64,000 nucleotides of DNA from contig CAIJXV010000055.1 of NCBI GenBank assembly GCA_903824675.1, forward strand, positions 39,395 to 103,394, in the 5' to 3' direction. This DNA comes from an uncultured bacterium (GTDB lineage Bacteria; Verrucomicrobiota; Kiritimatiellia; CAIKKV01; CAIJXV01). Position 1 is the stretch's first letter. Each line of letters opens with the position of its first letter. This document shows positions 9,939 to 19,640 of the stretch, piece by piece. Made by a program: the position numbers and the translations under genes. Under the pieces are notes generated by a model. That model was not told the DNA's origin and made no database searches. It saw only the letters and a program-made list of their open reading frames with translations.

Positions 9939-10348
9939 AGCGCCGTCTCCCGGGGCACTGCCCCCTGGGGCGTTTCCCTTTCGATTTTCAAGGAGGCCAG
10001 AACGGTGCCAATCCCGACCATGGCAATGCCGGCGACCTGGAGACCGGTGAGCCGCGTGTGGTAGACCCACCAGAAGGTTCCTTGTTGGAGCAGGAAGGTT
10101 CCGCTCGTGGCCAGAACCATGGCCAGGTTGATATTCATCCGGGCATAGACACCCATGAGCAGAATCGTGCTGGTGATCCCGAAAATATTCCCGACGACAA
10201 AATAGAAAAGCCCGTGTGCGGTGTTTGTTCCGCCCTCTTTAAAACAAAAATTGGCAACCAGCCAAACGGCATAATTTCCGGCCAGTAATGCGGACGTAAT
10301 GCCCACCCGGCGTCGACGTGCGCTACGGTCTTGTTGGGTGATCTCCAT
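9935..10348 (-). CDS. Small 4-TM membrane protein, SMR/EamA-like
   Basis: Paralogue of 9585-9938 (shared ANxxFK.G, FVVGN, NLA.VLA, RLT.LQ..GIA.V). Confidence 0.7.
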   Translation of the reverse strand: MEITQQDRSARRRRVGITSALLAGNYAVWLVANFCFKEGGTNTAHGLFYFVVGNIFGITSTILLMGVYARMNINLAMVLATSGTFLLQQGTFWWVYHTRLTGLQVAGIAMVGIGTVLASLKIERETPQGAVPRETAL

Positions 10349-10429
10349 TTGCCATCATTACCAGAACAGGGATACAGACACAAGCGGTTCTGTTTATCCG
10401 GCGGGTTGTTCCAGAGGACGATAATGCCG

Positions 10430-10458
10430 TTGACAAGAGTAAGCAGAGGGCCTAACTT
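10430..10458 (+). promoter_or_regulatory. Possible sigma70 promoter
   Basis: TTGACA-17 bp-TAACTT upstream of 10541. Confidence 0.4.
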
Positions 10459-10540
10459 TCGATCCGGATTATTAAAACGAGTTTCCTGCACGGACCGCCT
10501 TTTGTTCGTGAAGCTGAACACCCGCCGGGAATGAGTCATC

Positions 10541-11455
10541 ATGCGCGACCGACATCCTGATCAATACCATGCAATTCCTCTTTTGGGAGGGGTGATCGTG
10601 GCTCTCCTATCCGGTCTGATATGCGGCGCCGAACCCGGTCCGGTACCGGTCGAAAGGCCGGTGGTGGTCAGTGTGCAGGGCGTCTATTTGGGACCGGCCG
10701 ATTTTAGCAGAGGGGGCCAGGTGTCTCTCTGGGAAGGCGATCTGGGGGTGGATCTGCCGTTGAGCCCGACGACCGGAACCATGGGGCGCTTGAGCTTCCA
10801 TTCGGATGTGATGGAGGTGGATACCCGTGGGGCCGTGGGGCGGATGGCTGATTTAGAGCTGGATCCCCTGTTGACCACGACGGTGGGATATTTGTTGGCG
10901 ATACCGGGGACCGACGGCTGGTCCTCATTTTTCAGAGGGGGGATAAGCGACTCGGGCGAAAGCGGGGCGCCGGCAGAGGATTCCCTGCTTTACAATGGAA
11001 TGGGCGGCGCGGAATATGCCATCAATCAAAAACTGAGTATTCAGATGAGCCTATTGGCTACGACCCGCCTGGAGGAGGATCCGCTGGTGTTGCCTTTGGT
11101 GGGATTCCGCTGGCGACCTGCGCCAGCCTGGCTGGTGGCGACTGAAGGGGCGGGCTTGAAAATCACGGGACCCCTTCAACGGGATCTGCAATTCACGGTC
11201 AATGCCGGCTGGATGACACGGGCCTGGCGGTTGGATGACGATGCCCCGACACCCCAGGGAATTTTGGCGATGGAAGCGATTCGATTCGAAACCGGGCTTC
11301 GCTGGAAATGCGGGAAGGCCTGGCAATTTGAGACCCGAATAGGATGGGAGCCATCCCGGACCTATCATTTGCTTGACGAGGAGGGGCAATCATCGGGGAT
11401 TCGGACATCGGATGGCGCGCCCTTGGCGGTTTTGTCCGCGACGTATCCGTTTTAA
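10541..11455 (+). CDS. Outer-membrane beta-barrel protein (DUF6268-like)
   Basis: Signal peptide, alternating beta-strand pattern, LPLVGFRW, C-terminal aromatic (ATYPF). Confidence 0.6.
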   Translation: MRDRHPDQYHAIPLLGGVIVALLSGLICGAEPGPVPVERPVVVSVQGVYLGPADFSRGGQVSLWEGDLGVDLPLSPTTGTMGRLSFHSDVMEVDTRGAVGRMADLELDPLLTTTVGYLLAIPGTDGWSSFFRGGISDSGESGAPAEDSLLYNGMGGAEYAINQKLSIQMSLLATTRLEEDPLVLPLVGFRWRPAPAWLVATEGAGLKITGPLQRDLQFTVNAGWMTRAWRLDDDAPTPQGILAMEAIRFETGLRWKCGKAWQFETRIGWEPSRTYHLLDEEGQSSGIRTSDGAPLAVLSATYPF

Positions 11456-11488
11456 GGTCAGGGAAAACAATGAGGGGGGAGACCCGGT

Positions 11489-12100
11489 GTGACGCTGTTG
11501 CCGATTATTGAAAATATTGGACTGATGGCTTTTGCCATGTCAGGGATCATCGAAGCCCGGCGCAAGCGGTTTGACTTGGTCGGGGTCTATGCGGTGGCGC
11601 TGTGCACCGCGTTTGGGGGCGGCACCTTGCGGGATTTGTTGCTGGATCGCAAGCCGATTTTATGGGTCAACGATCCGGTTTATGCCTTGGCCATCTTCGG
11701 GCTGGCCGTGGGCGCTATTTTTCTGCCCGCTTTTGCCCGGCTACGCGAGCGCTATCTGCAGTTGCCGGACGCGATCGGCTTGGGGTTGTTCAGCATTACG
11801 GGGACCGGCTATGCGTTGGAGGGCGGGATTTCCCTGTTTGTCGCGATTCTGATGGGTGTGATCACGGGGACCTTCGGGGGTGTTTTGCGCGATATCATTT
11901 GCAATGAATTGCCCTCTATTTTCCGCCGGACAGAGCTGTATGCGACCTGCTCGTTTTTAGGCAGCCTGGTTTATGCGGTGTTGTTGAAGACCGATTTCAA
12001 TTCAGGAATTGCCGCCGGATCCGGGGTGGCCGTCGTGATTGTCGCCCGGCTGATAGCCATCCGCTATAGCATCAAGCTGCCGGACCGGGCCGGCGAATAG
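11489..12100 (+). CDS. Trimeric intracellular cation channel / UPF0126 (YadS-like) protein
   Basis: FA.SG, TAFGGGTLRDLLL, DAIGLGLF, GTFGGVLRD, ELYA. Confidence 0.9.
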   Translation: MTLLPIIENIGLMAFAMSGIIEARRKRFDLVGVYAVALCTAFGGGTLRDLLLDRKPILWVNDPVYALAIFGLAVGAIFLPAFARLRERYLQLPDAIGLGLFSITGTGYALEGGISLFVAILMGVITGTFGGVLRDIICNELPSIFRRTELYATCSFLGSLVYAVLLKTDFNSGIAAGSGVAVVIVARLIAIRYSIKLPDRAGE

Positions 12101-13061
12101 CGCGTACCTGCTTTGTTCGCGCGCGGCCAATTGGGGGTGGGGCGGATATTGGCGAGGTCGGAGTTGCCGGTCGCGGGTTGACTTTCTTCCGATATTGAGA
12201 GGGAGATAAACCCTGTAACTTGCCGAACTGGCGAGTGAAATAGTTGCTGTCTGAGAATCCCGAAAGAAACGCCACTTCAGAAATAGTGAGATGTTTTTTA
12301 GACAGGAGTTCCGTGGCCTGGCGGACTCGTCGGTAAAGTAAATAATCGATAGGCGACCGGCCGGTAAGGGCTCGAAACCGCCGAGTCAGATTGCGTTTCG
12401 ACATTCCGGCAACGTCGGCAATATGTTGAAGCGTGAGGGGGTCCCGGAGGTATTGATCGATATACGTCCGGGCTTTTTCGATCGATTCCGCAGACGGCAA
12501 ATCGGATTCGGTCAGGCGTGTCATCGACAGGGCCAGTAATTCCACAATCTTGAAAAAAAAGTCGACCGCCCGGTTTGAACCGGAGGCAGGGGCGGATGAC
12601 ACATTATCATGGAGGCGGTATATCAGCTCTTTGATGCGCGGCAATTCATGCGCCTGTAATCGAAGGCGTTTGGTGAAAGGATGTTCGTCCGCCGGGGACG
12701 GTTCCGGGCCAAACAGTCTGTCAAAGCCGGTCAGTGCCCGCATTTTGGGGGGAACTGAGACCAGAATCGAAGGGTCATACACGACGATCATCAATTCCAA
12801 ATCATTCGTTTCATGGATTTCGTGGCTCCGATCCCCTTCGATGACATAGGCATCTCCCCGGGTGATCCGCCATTTGTTTTTGCCGGTGATATGCAATCCC
12901 CGCCCGCTGGTCACGACGGCGAATTCTGAAAACTCATGCCCGTGCTGGGGACAATCCCATTGCACCATATGGGGAAAGACCTGAATGGGAATATCCTTGC
13001 GGGGAAGAAACTTAATTCGCTCGAGAATATTCATAGCGCGAAGCACCTGATTCGTGGCCAT
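12072..13061 (-). CDS. AraC family transcriptional regulator (RhaR/RhaS-like)
   Basis: Cupin HGHEFSE...G.GLH and C-terminal double HTH (ISEVAFLSGFSDSNYFTRQF). Confidence 0.9.
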   Translation of the reverse strand: MATNQVLRAMNILERIKFLPRKDIPIQVFPHMVQWDCPQHGHEFSEFAVVTSGRGLHITGKNKWRITRGDAYVIEGDRSHEIHETNDLELMIVVYDPSILVSVPPKMRALTGFDRLFGPEPSPADEHPFTKRLRLQAHELPRIKELIYRLHDNVSSAPASGSNRAVDFFFKIVELLALSMTRLTESDLPSAESIEKARTYIDQYLRDPLTLQHIADVAGMSKRNLTRRFRALTGRSPIDYLLYRRVRQATELLSKKHLTISEVAFLSGFSDSNYFTRQFGKLQGLSPSQYRKKVNPRPATPTSPISAPPPIGRARTKQVRAIRRPGPAA

Positions 13062-13180
13062 ATAATGCTATATTTTGGCCTGATGATCAAGGCGAATTTG
13101 GTTAATAATGAATATAATTAGAAGATGTAGATTTGTGATGCGGCATTTTATTGCGCCTAAAAATGGGGAGAGACGAAACC

Positions 13181-16100
13181 ATGAAACGATCCCTGTGGAA
13201 AACGGAACGATTTGCCTTTGCGAGGAGGGCTTGGACCTTCGCGGTTTTGCTGGCGGCGTTGGGTGTGGGCGCGGACTTGGCTAAAGCGGCGTCTCGCGCG
13301 GCGAGTGTGTCCGGCGACTGGAATAATACCGCCACCTGGGGCGGGGCATCGGTGCCGGTAGCAGGGGATACGGTGACCAACAATGCGGGAGTGACGGTCA
13401 CCATTCCGGCGGGGTACACAGCAGAGTGCAGCACGATCAATTTCACCACCGGGAATGGCGCGTCCACGATTTTACTGGCCGACGGCACATCCGCCTTGAA
13501 TGTCAGTGGGGCGGTGACGATTCAGCGCAACGGAACCGCCGCCAACAAGATCGATGTGGGGGCCGGCACCTTCTCGGCCGCTTCAGTTGCCTTGCAAGGC
13601 CTAACGGGCGGCACCCGACTCAGCCAACTGCTGATCTCGACCGGAACCGCCACGATCAGCGGAACCATCACCTCGGCCGGCGTCGATTCCCAGATCATCT
13701 TTTCCGGTGCGGGCACCTTGAACGCCGGGGGTACGTTGCTGAGCGGAACGGCTGGAACCTTCACGCCCTCGACGGGCACGGTGAATTACAATGGCGTCGC
13801 GCAAACGGTCGGCGCTTACACTTACAACCACCTGACCCTTTCCGGGAGTGGCGCCAAGACCTTGACCGGCGTGGCGACGGTCAACGGCAATCTGACCCTG
13901 AGCGGGACGGCAACGGCGGCTTCGGGCGCGAATCTGGCCATCGGGGGCAACTTGGTGGTGGGGGCCGGGACGATGTTCACCGTCGGCGCGCACACGATTG
14001 CCGTGGCCGGAACGACGACCGTGTCCGGCTCCTTGTTGCACAACAGCGCGACCGGTTTGAAGACTTACACGGGCGATGTGACGATCAACAGCGGGGGCGG
14101 TTGGACGGGGTCGGTGTTGACCATCGCGTATTCTTTCGGTGGGAGTTTTCAAAATAACGGAAACCTGACAGCCAACACGAACGGGGTGCATACCTTCACC
14201 GGTTCCGGCAAGACCTTTTCCGGGTCCAATCCAATCGCGATTTCTCGCCTGACGATCGACGGAACCTATCAGAATGACGGCGTGCTGATCGTGTCCAATG
14301 CGCTGGCCGGCACGGGGACGTTGACTCAAGGCGTGAATGCGCAGTTGATCGTTCTCGGCCCGACCAATGTCTCGATTTCGCTCACGACGCTGAACGCTTC
14401 GGCCAATGTCAACTCGGTCCATTACAACGGCGCCGTCCAGACGGTGAAGCCGGTGGTCTATTCCCATTTAACCCTCTCCGGGAGTGGGGCGAAGAATCTG
14501 ACGGACGTCATGACGATTGGGGGCGATCTGACGGTATCCGGCAGTGCGACGTTGCTGAGTAATGCGGTGATGATGGTGGTCGGCACTTTTAATTATGCTT
14601 CCAGCGGAACGTCCACCTTGACGAACAATGTGACGGGCGGGGCTTTGACGCTGGCCAACGGCACACTGAATCTGGGCACGAATTTAACTCATGCCTTTGC
14701 GGGGAACTGGACCCGGACGGCCGGCACGCTTTTGGCCAATTCGAGCACATTGAAAATTGGAGGGGACATCAGCGGTTCCGGCGGCGCCTTCACGGCCGGC
14801 ACCTCGATGGTGGAATGGAATGGGGCCGGGGCTCAAACGCTGGCCGCGCTAACGTATCACAACCTGACTCTCTCCGGGGGCGGCGCGAAGTTGATCGGAG
14901 TGGGATCGGTTGTGACGGGCAATATGCAAATCGTGACTGGCTCCAAGGCCGATATTGAGGCCGGACAGGATATCACCGTCGGGTCGCTTTCGTTGGATGG
15001 GGTGGGCCAGGATCGTGGAACCTGGGGGGCCAGCGCATCGAGTGCGACCCACACCAATGACGTGTTCTTTTCTCCGACCACCGGCTATTTGACGGTTATC
15101 ACCGATACCCGGGCGAACACGGTCACCTGGCGCGGTGTGGGCGACTGGGTTGCGAATCCGGGCAACTGGAGCAATGGCATCCCGGGGCCGGGCTCCAATG
15201 TCTGGATCGCCGCGGGCACGGTGACGTTGGCGAGCGCATCAGATGCATTGGGAGAGTTCACGGTGGCCAATGGGGCGACTTTGCTCTTCACGAATTGGGC
15301 CACCTGCCTTACGGCGAGCAATGTGACGATTGCCAGCGGCGGTCTGATGACGTTACCGGCGGCATTCACCAATAACCAAATGTCGAACCGGGTCTGGGTG
15401 GTTTGCACGAACTTCACGATCCATGCCGGTGGTCAGATCCTTACCGACGCGAAGGGATTTGCAACGGGACAAGGGGTGGGGAGTGGAATTGCCATGGCCG
15501 TCAATCAATGTGCCGGTGGTGGTGGCTATGGTGGAAAAGGCGGGACTGGCTTCTCAACCGCAGGCGGTCAGCCGTATGGTTCGACGAATACGCCGCTGGA
15601 TCCCGGTAGTGGCGGGGGCACCCGGGTTGGAAGTACCGATGGCGGGCATGGCGGGGGCGCAGTGTTGATTGAAGCGGCGAATTCTGTGACGATTGACGGA
15701 TTGGTGAGTGCCAATGGCGGCAATGGTACCGGAAGCGCCTCCACCTACGGCGGGGGCGGCTCAGGCGGCTCGATTTATATGACGTGTTCCACTTTTGGCG
15801 GGGGCACGAACGGGATGTTGCAGGCCAACGGCGGCCACTGCGGCAATGCCGCCAGTACCGGCACCACGAAGGGTGGCGGCGGGGGCGGCGGTCGGATCGT
15901 CGTGCAGTATACCAGCTTGGCCGGCACTCCCGGTGTCAGATTTTCCGCCAATTGCGGGAAAAGTCTGTATCTGGTGGATAACAATGCCCCTGCGGACCGT
16001 TCGGCTGCCCAAGTCGGAACGCTCCGATTTTCGAATACGGATCTGCTGGAAGGTGTATTAAATGCCTGGTCCGGCATGATCTCCGAGTTGAACGGCTATC

Positions 16101-19100
16101 TGTATTTCGAATCCACCAACAGTTGGGCACCGACCCATCTGCTGGTCGTGAGCAATTCGACGCTGGGCATTCCGGAAGGTTCCTCTTGGCGGATCACGAA
16201 CGATCTGACGGTGGTGACCGGCGGGGTGATGATTGCCGCTCAAGGCAGTTTGCAGTGCAAGGGAAACTTGACTTTGACCAATGTCGCAACCCTGGTGGTC
16301 TATGGCGGAGAAACGAATTCGGGCCCGCCGAATTATGGTGCCTGGGTGGGGGTGACGAACACCTTGACGGTGGCGACCAATTGCTGGATTTATCCCTTCT
16401 CGCACTCGACCAACGGTGGCTCGGTTCTCTTTCAAGTGGGGGGATTGGCGGTTCAGGGCGGCGGCGGAATCAATGCGAACGGACGGGGGTTGGCACGGGG
16501 AACCGGTCGGGGAAAAGGGGTTGATGGCGTGGTTAACCGCGGTACCGGAGGGGGCGGTTATGGCGGCAGGGGGGGGACGGGCTTGCACTTTGCAGGGGGA
16601 AATCCTTATGGAACAACGAATGTGCTCCTCGATCCCGGCAGTGGCGGAGGCACTACGGCAAACCTCGGCGGACATGGCGGGGGCGTGGTGCGGATTGAAT
16701 CCGCGGGGAGTGTGACGATCGACGGGGCGGTGACCGCCAATGGCAGCAATGGACTCAGTAACGGGTCCACTTACTGCGGGGGCGGCTCAGGTGGCTCAAT
16801 TTTTATGACTTGCGCATCGTTTGGCGGAGCCGGGACTTTGGAAGCGAAAGGGGGCGATGCCTCTACCTCTGGCGGTGGGGGCGGTGGGGGGGGGCGGATC
16901 TCGATCGTGATTGGGTTCTCGGCTTCACAAAAGGCCGATCTCGTTGCGGGGGTTTCAATTCCCGGCTTGTTTAGCTATCTGGACGAACCCGCTTTCCCCA
17001 CGCCGGTTTCGGTCGCCAATGGAAATGGATATGTGTCGGCTAACCCTGCCCAGCCCGGCTCAAGACAATACCTAAAAATCGTCTCGGCCAGCCAGCGAAC
17101 CGTGAAAATCACCGGCGACACCGGGTTGTATGGCGCACCGGGGCCGCTCGGGTATGGCGATTCCTGGCTGATCGATGACAGCACGGCGTTGACCAATGCC
17201 GTGGCCACGCCTGCCAACTCATCGAATGGAGTGCGCTGGGCTTGCACGGGCTGGCGGGTCAACGATACCGTTCAGGGCACTCTGATCACCAATGACGTGA
17301 GCACGCAGGCCGTGTTTACGGTGACGACCAACCTGACGCTGACCTGGCTCTGGACCAATCAATATTGGCTCGCCTTCTCCCCCAGTCCCAATGGATCAGT
17401 GAATTCGAACAGCCTGAATGGCTGGTACACCAACGGAACACAGGTGTTGGGAATTGAGGCGATACCCTATCCTGGTTATGTTTTCGTGATGTGGACTGGC
17501 TCGGATGTGCCCGACGGGCTGGCCGGGAACAATCCATTGACCATGACGATGGATAGGTCCCGCACGAATATTATGGCCGTGTTTGCATCAACCATCGGCC
17601 AAACCATGACCTGGAATGGGGTCGGATTGTGGACCAGTCCCACCAACTGGTCGCCGCAGGGCGTGCCGGGTTCGAATGACCAGGTCATCCTCCAATCGGG
17701 AACCAGCATCCTCAGCACGGCCTACGCCACGACGGGTTCGGTTCTCGTGAACACAGGGGCCACCCTGATCTTCTCGAATTGGACCACCTGTCTGACGGCG
17801 AGCGATGTGACGATTCTGAGCAGCGGGGTGATCACTCTGCCGGCCGCGTTCGCCAATAACCAGATGTCGAACCGGGTCTGGGTGGTCTGCACGAATTTCA
17901 CGCTCAACTTCGGCGGACAGATTCTGGCCGACGCCCGCGGGTATGCGCAGTCCAGCGGGCCGGGGCAGGGGATTAGTGGAGGCGTCAACGATGGCACGGG
18001 CGGGGGCGGGTATGGGGGCAAAGGCGGAAGCGGCTCGTCGACTGTGGGCGGGAACGGGTATGGTGAGACATCTTTGCCGTTGGCCCCCGGCAGTGGCGGA
18101 GGTCTTGCTACGGCAACCGGTATTGGTGGATCGGGTGGGGGTGCGGTGCGGATTGAGGCGGCGGGAATAATGACGATCGATGGGACGATCAACGCCAATG
18201 GTGGAAACGGGACCTACGGCAGTGGCGGCGGATCGGGAGGCGCGATACTTCTCACCTGTGCTTCGTTCGGTGGGAGCACGCAAGGAACTCTACGGGCGAA
18301 CGGCGGCAATAGCGCGCTCAATACCTATAATAATAATTTCGGGGGGGGTGGCGGCGGGGGGCGCATTGCGGTGCTTTATGCCAGCCTGGTGGGCACGCCC
18401 GGGGTCCGATTCTCCGCGAACTGCGGTGCCGGCCTGTATGCGGTGGATGCCAATGCACCGGCGGACCTGAGGGCCGCCCAATTGGGGACGTTGTGTTTCA
18501 CCAATCCGGCGCTGGTCGATACGGTTCTGACCGCCTGGTCTGGGATCGGTTCGGAACTGAACGGCTATCTGTTCTTTCAATCCACCAATGGCGGAATTCT
18601 GTCCAATCTTTGGATGCTCAGCCAGTCAACCCTCGGTATTCCGGAAGGAACCTCCTTGCAACTCCCGAACGATTTGACGGTGATGACGGGCGGAGTGGTG
18701 ATCGCCGCCCGGGGCAGTCTGCGCTGCGGGGGGAATTTGACGTTGACCAATGGCGCCAGCCTGGTTGTGTATGGCGGCGAAACGAATGTGATATTCCCGG
18801 ATTATGGCGCCCTGGTGGGGGTGACGAATACGTTGACGGTGGCGGCCGATTGCCGGATTTATCCTTTCGCGCATTCGACGAATGGCGGGTCGGTTCTCCT
18901 GCGGGTAGGGGATTTGAAAATCCGAAGCGGCGGTGCCATCGATGCGACCGGCCGAGGATATGCGAATGCCAATGGTCCGGGGCGGGGAACCAATTATTTC
19001 AGTTACCAAGGGGGGGCCGGAGGTGGGGGATATGGGGGAAAAGGTGGGAAGGGACGAAACGTCGCGGAGGGGCGCGCCTATGGTTCAACGAATGTGCCAC

Positions 19101-19624
19101 AAGATCCCGGGAGTGGCGGGGGCAATGCTTATGCCGATCAAGGCTATCATAACGCCGGACATGGCGGTGGCGCGGTACGGATTGAGGCCAATGGGGCTGT
19201 GACGGTTGACGGGGCCGTGCGCGCCAATGGCGGAAGTAGCGGGAGTATGGGCGAAGGGGGGGGCTCGGGCGGCACGATTTACCTGACGTGCGCCGCATTT
19301 GACGGAAGTACAAATGGAGTTTTACAGGCGGATGGGGGCAGTGGTCGCGCCAATCCCAACTTTACCGGCCTCAGCGGCGGCGGTGGGGGCGGCGGACGGA
19401 TCGCCGTGTGGATCAATGTGCCTCAAACACTGAAAGACCGCTACCTTGCCGGACTGGACGTTTCGGTGTTTCGTGACGGGACCAACCGATTCTTTTTGGG
19501 AACCCTGTCGGTCTCCAACGGGCCCGGCTACATCAATTCTCCTGATATCGGTGCGGCGGAGCCCGGCACGGCCTGGTTCTTTATCGCCCGGCCGAACCAG
19601 GGCACGATTTTTCTGATTAAATAA
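13181..19624 (+). CDS. Large secreted protein with beta-helix-like repeats and four glycine-rich modules
   Basis: Signal peptide (..ADLAKA); YNHLTLSGSGAK repeats; 4x GGGGYGG..P..PGSGGG..GG.GGG.V.IE modules; ends QGTIFLIK. Start placed at ATG 13181 after GGGGAG (track start 13151). Confidence 0.85.
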   Translation: MKRSLWKTERFAFARRAWTFAVLLAALGVGADLAKAASRAASVSGDWNNTATWGGASVPVAGDTVTNNAGVTVTIPAGYTAECSTINFTTGNGASTILLADGTSALNVSGAVTIQRNGTAANKIDVGAGTFSAASVALQGLTGGTRLSQLLISTGTATISGTITSAGVDSQIIFSGAGTLNAGGTLLSGTAGTFTPSTGTVNYNGVAQTVGAYTYNHLTLSGSGAKTLTGVATVNGNLTLSGTATAASGANLAIGGNLVVGAGTMFTVGAHTIAVAGTTTVSGSLLHNSATGLKTYTGDVTINSGGGWTGSVLTIAYSFGGSFQNNGNLTANTNGVHTFTGSGKTFSGSNPIAISRLTIDGTYQNDGVLIVSNALAGTGTLTQGVNAQLIVLGPTNVSISLTTLNASANVNSVHYNGAVQTVKPVVYSHLTLSGSGAKNLTDVMTIGGDLTVSGSATLLSNAVMMVVGTFNYASSGTSTLTNNVTGGALTLANGTLNLGTNLTHAFAGNWTRTAGTLLANSSTLKIGGDISGSGGAFTAGTSMVEWNGAGAQTLAALTYHNLTLSGGGAKLIGVGSVVTGNMQIVTGSKADIEAGQDITVGSLSLDGVGQDRGTWGASASSATHTNDVFFSPTTGYLTVITDTRANTVTWRGVGDWVANPGNWSNGIPGPGSNVWIAAGTVTLASASDALGEFTVANGATLLFTNWATCLTASNVTIASGGLMTLPAAFTNNQMSNRVWVVCTNFTIHAGGQILTDAKGFATGQGVGSGIAMAVNQCAGGGGYGGKGGTGFSTAGGQPYGSTNTPLDPGSGGGTRVGSTDGGHGGGAVLIEAANSVTIDGLVSANGGNGTGSASTYGGGGSGGSIYMTCSTFGGGTNGMLQANGGHCGNAASTGTTKGGGGGGGRIVVQYTSLAGTPGVRFSANCGKSLYLVDNNAPADRSAAQVGTLRFSNTDLLEGVLNAWSGMISELNGYLYFESTNSWAPTHLLVVSNSTLGIPEGSSWRITNDLTVVTGGVMIAAQGSLQCKGNLTLTNVATLVVYGGETNSGPPNYGAWVGVTNTLTVATNCWIYPFSHSTNGGSVLFQVGGLAVQGGGGINANGRGLARGTGRGKGVDGVVNRGTGGGGYGGRGGTGLHFAGGNPYGTTNVLLDPGSGGGTTANLGGHGGGVVRIESAGSVTIDGAVTANGSNGLSNGSTYCGGGSGGSIFMTCASFGGAGTLEAKGGDASTSGGGGGGGGRISIVIGFSASQKADLVAGVSIPGLFSYLDEPAFPTPVSVANGNGYVSANPAQPGSRQYLKIVSASQRTVKITGDTGLYGAPGPLGYGDSWLIDDSTALTNAVATPANSSNGVRWACTGWRVNDTVQGTLITNDVSTQAVFTVTTNLTLTWLWTNQYWLAFSPSPNGSVNSNSLNGWYTNGTQVLGIEAIPYPGYVFVMWTGSDVPDGLAGNNPLTMTMDRSRTNIMAVFASTIGQTMTWNGVGLWTSPTNWSPQGVPGSNDQVILQSGTSILSTAYATTGSVLVNTGATLIFSNWTTCLTASDVTILSSGVITLPAAFANNQMSNRVWVVCTNFTLNFGGQILADARGYAQSSGPGQGISGGVNDGTGGGGYGGKGGSGSSTVGGNGYGETSLPLAPGSGGGLATATGIGGSGGGAVRIEAAGIMTIDGTINANGGNGTYGSGGGSGGAILLTCASFGGSTQGTLRANGGNSALNTYNNNFGGGGGGGRIAVLYASLVGTPGVRFSANCGAGLYAVDANAPADLRAAQLGTLCFTNPALVDTVLTAWSGIGSELNGYLFFQSTNGGILSNLWMLSQSTLGIPEGTSLQLPNDLTVMTGGVVIAARGSLRCGGNLTLTNGASLVVYGGETNVIFPDYGALVGVTNTLTVAADCRIYPFAHSTNGGSVLLRVGDLKIRSGGAIDATGRGYANANGPGRGTNYFSYQGGAGGGGYGGKGGKGRNVAEGRAYGSTNVPQDPGSGGGNAYADQGYHNAGHGGGAVRIEANGAVTVDGAVRANGGSSGSMGEGGGSGGTIYLTCAAFDGSTNGVLQADGGSGRANPNFTGLSGGGGGGGRIAVWINVPQTLKDRYLAGLDVSVFRDGTNRFFLGTLSVSNGPGYINSPDIGAAEPGTAWFFIARPNQGTIFLIK
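15119..19410 (+). repeat. Intragenic duplication (~1.8 kb unit, 2484 bp offset)
   Basis: For example AATAACCA.ATGTCGAACCGGGTCTGGGTGGT.TGCACGAA.TTCACG at 15371 and 17855; TWxGVGxW starts at ~15119 and ~17603. Confidence 0.85.
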
Positions 19625-19640
19625 CCCGCCGAATCTGCCG

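Noticed and set aside
13141-13156. CGGCATTTTATTGC as a sigma54 promoter for the giant gene
   Set aside because: GG-to-GC spacing is 9, not the required 10.
16886-19263. G8-G9 runs inside the glycine-rich gene as phase-variation tracts
   Set aside because: In frame and explained by consecutive Gly codons.
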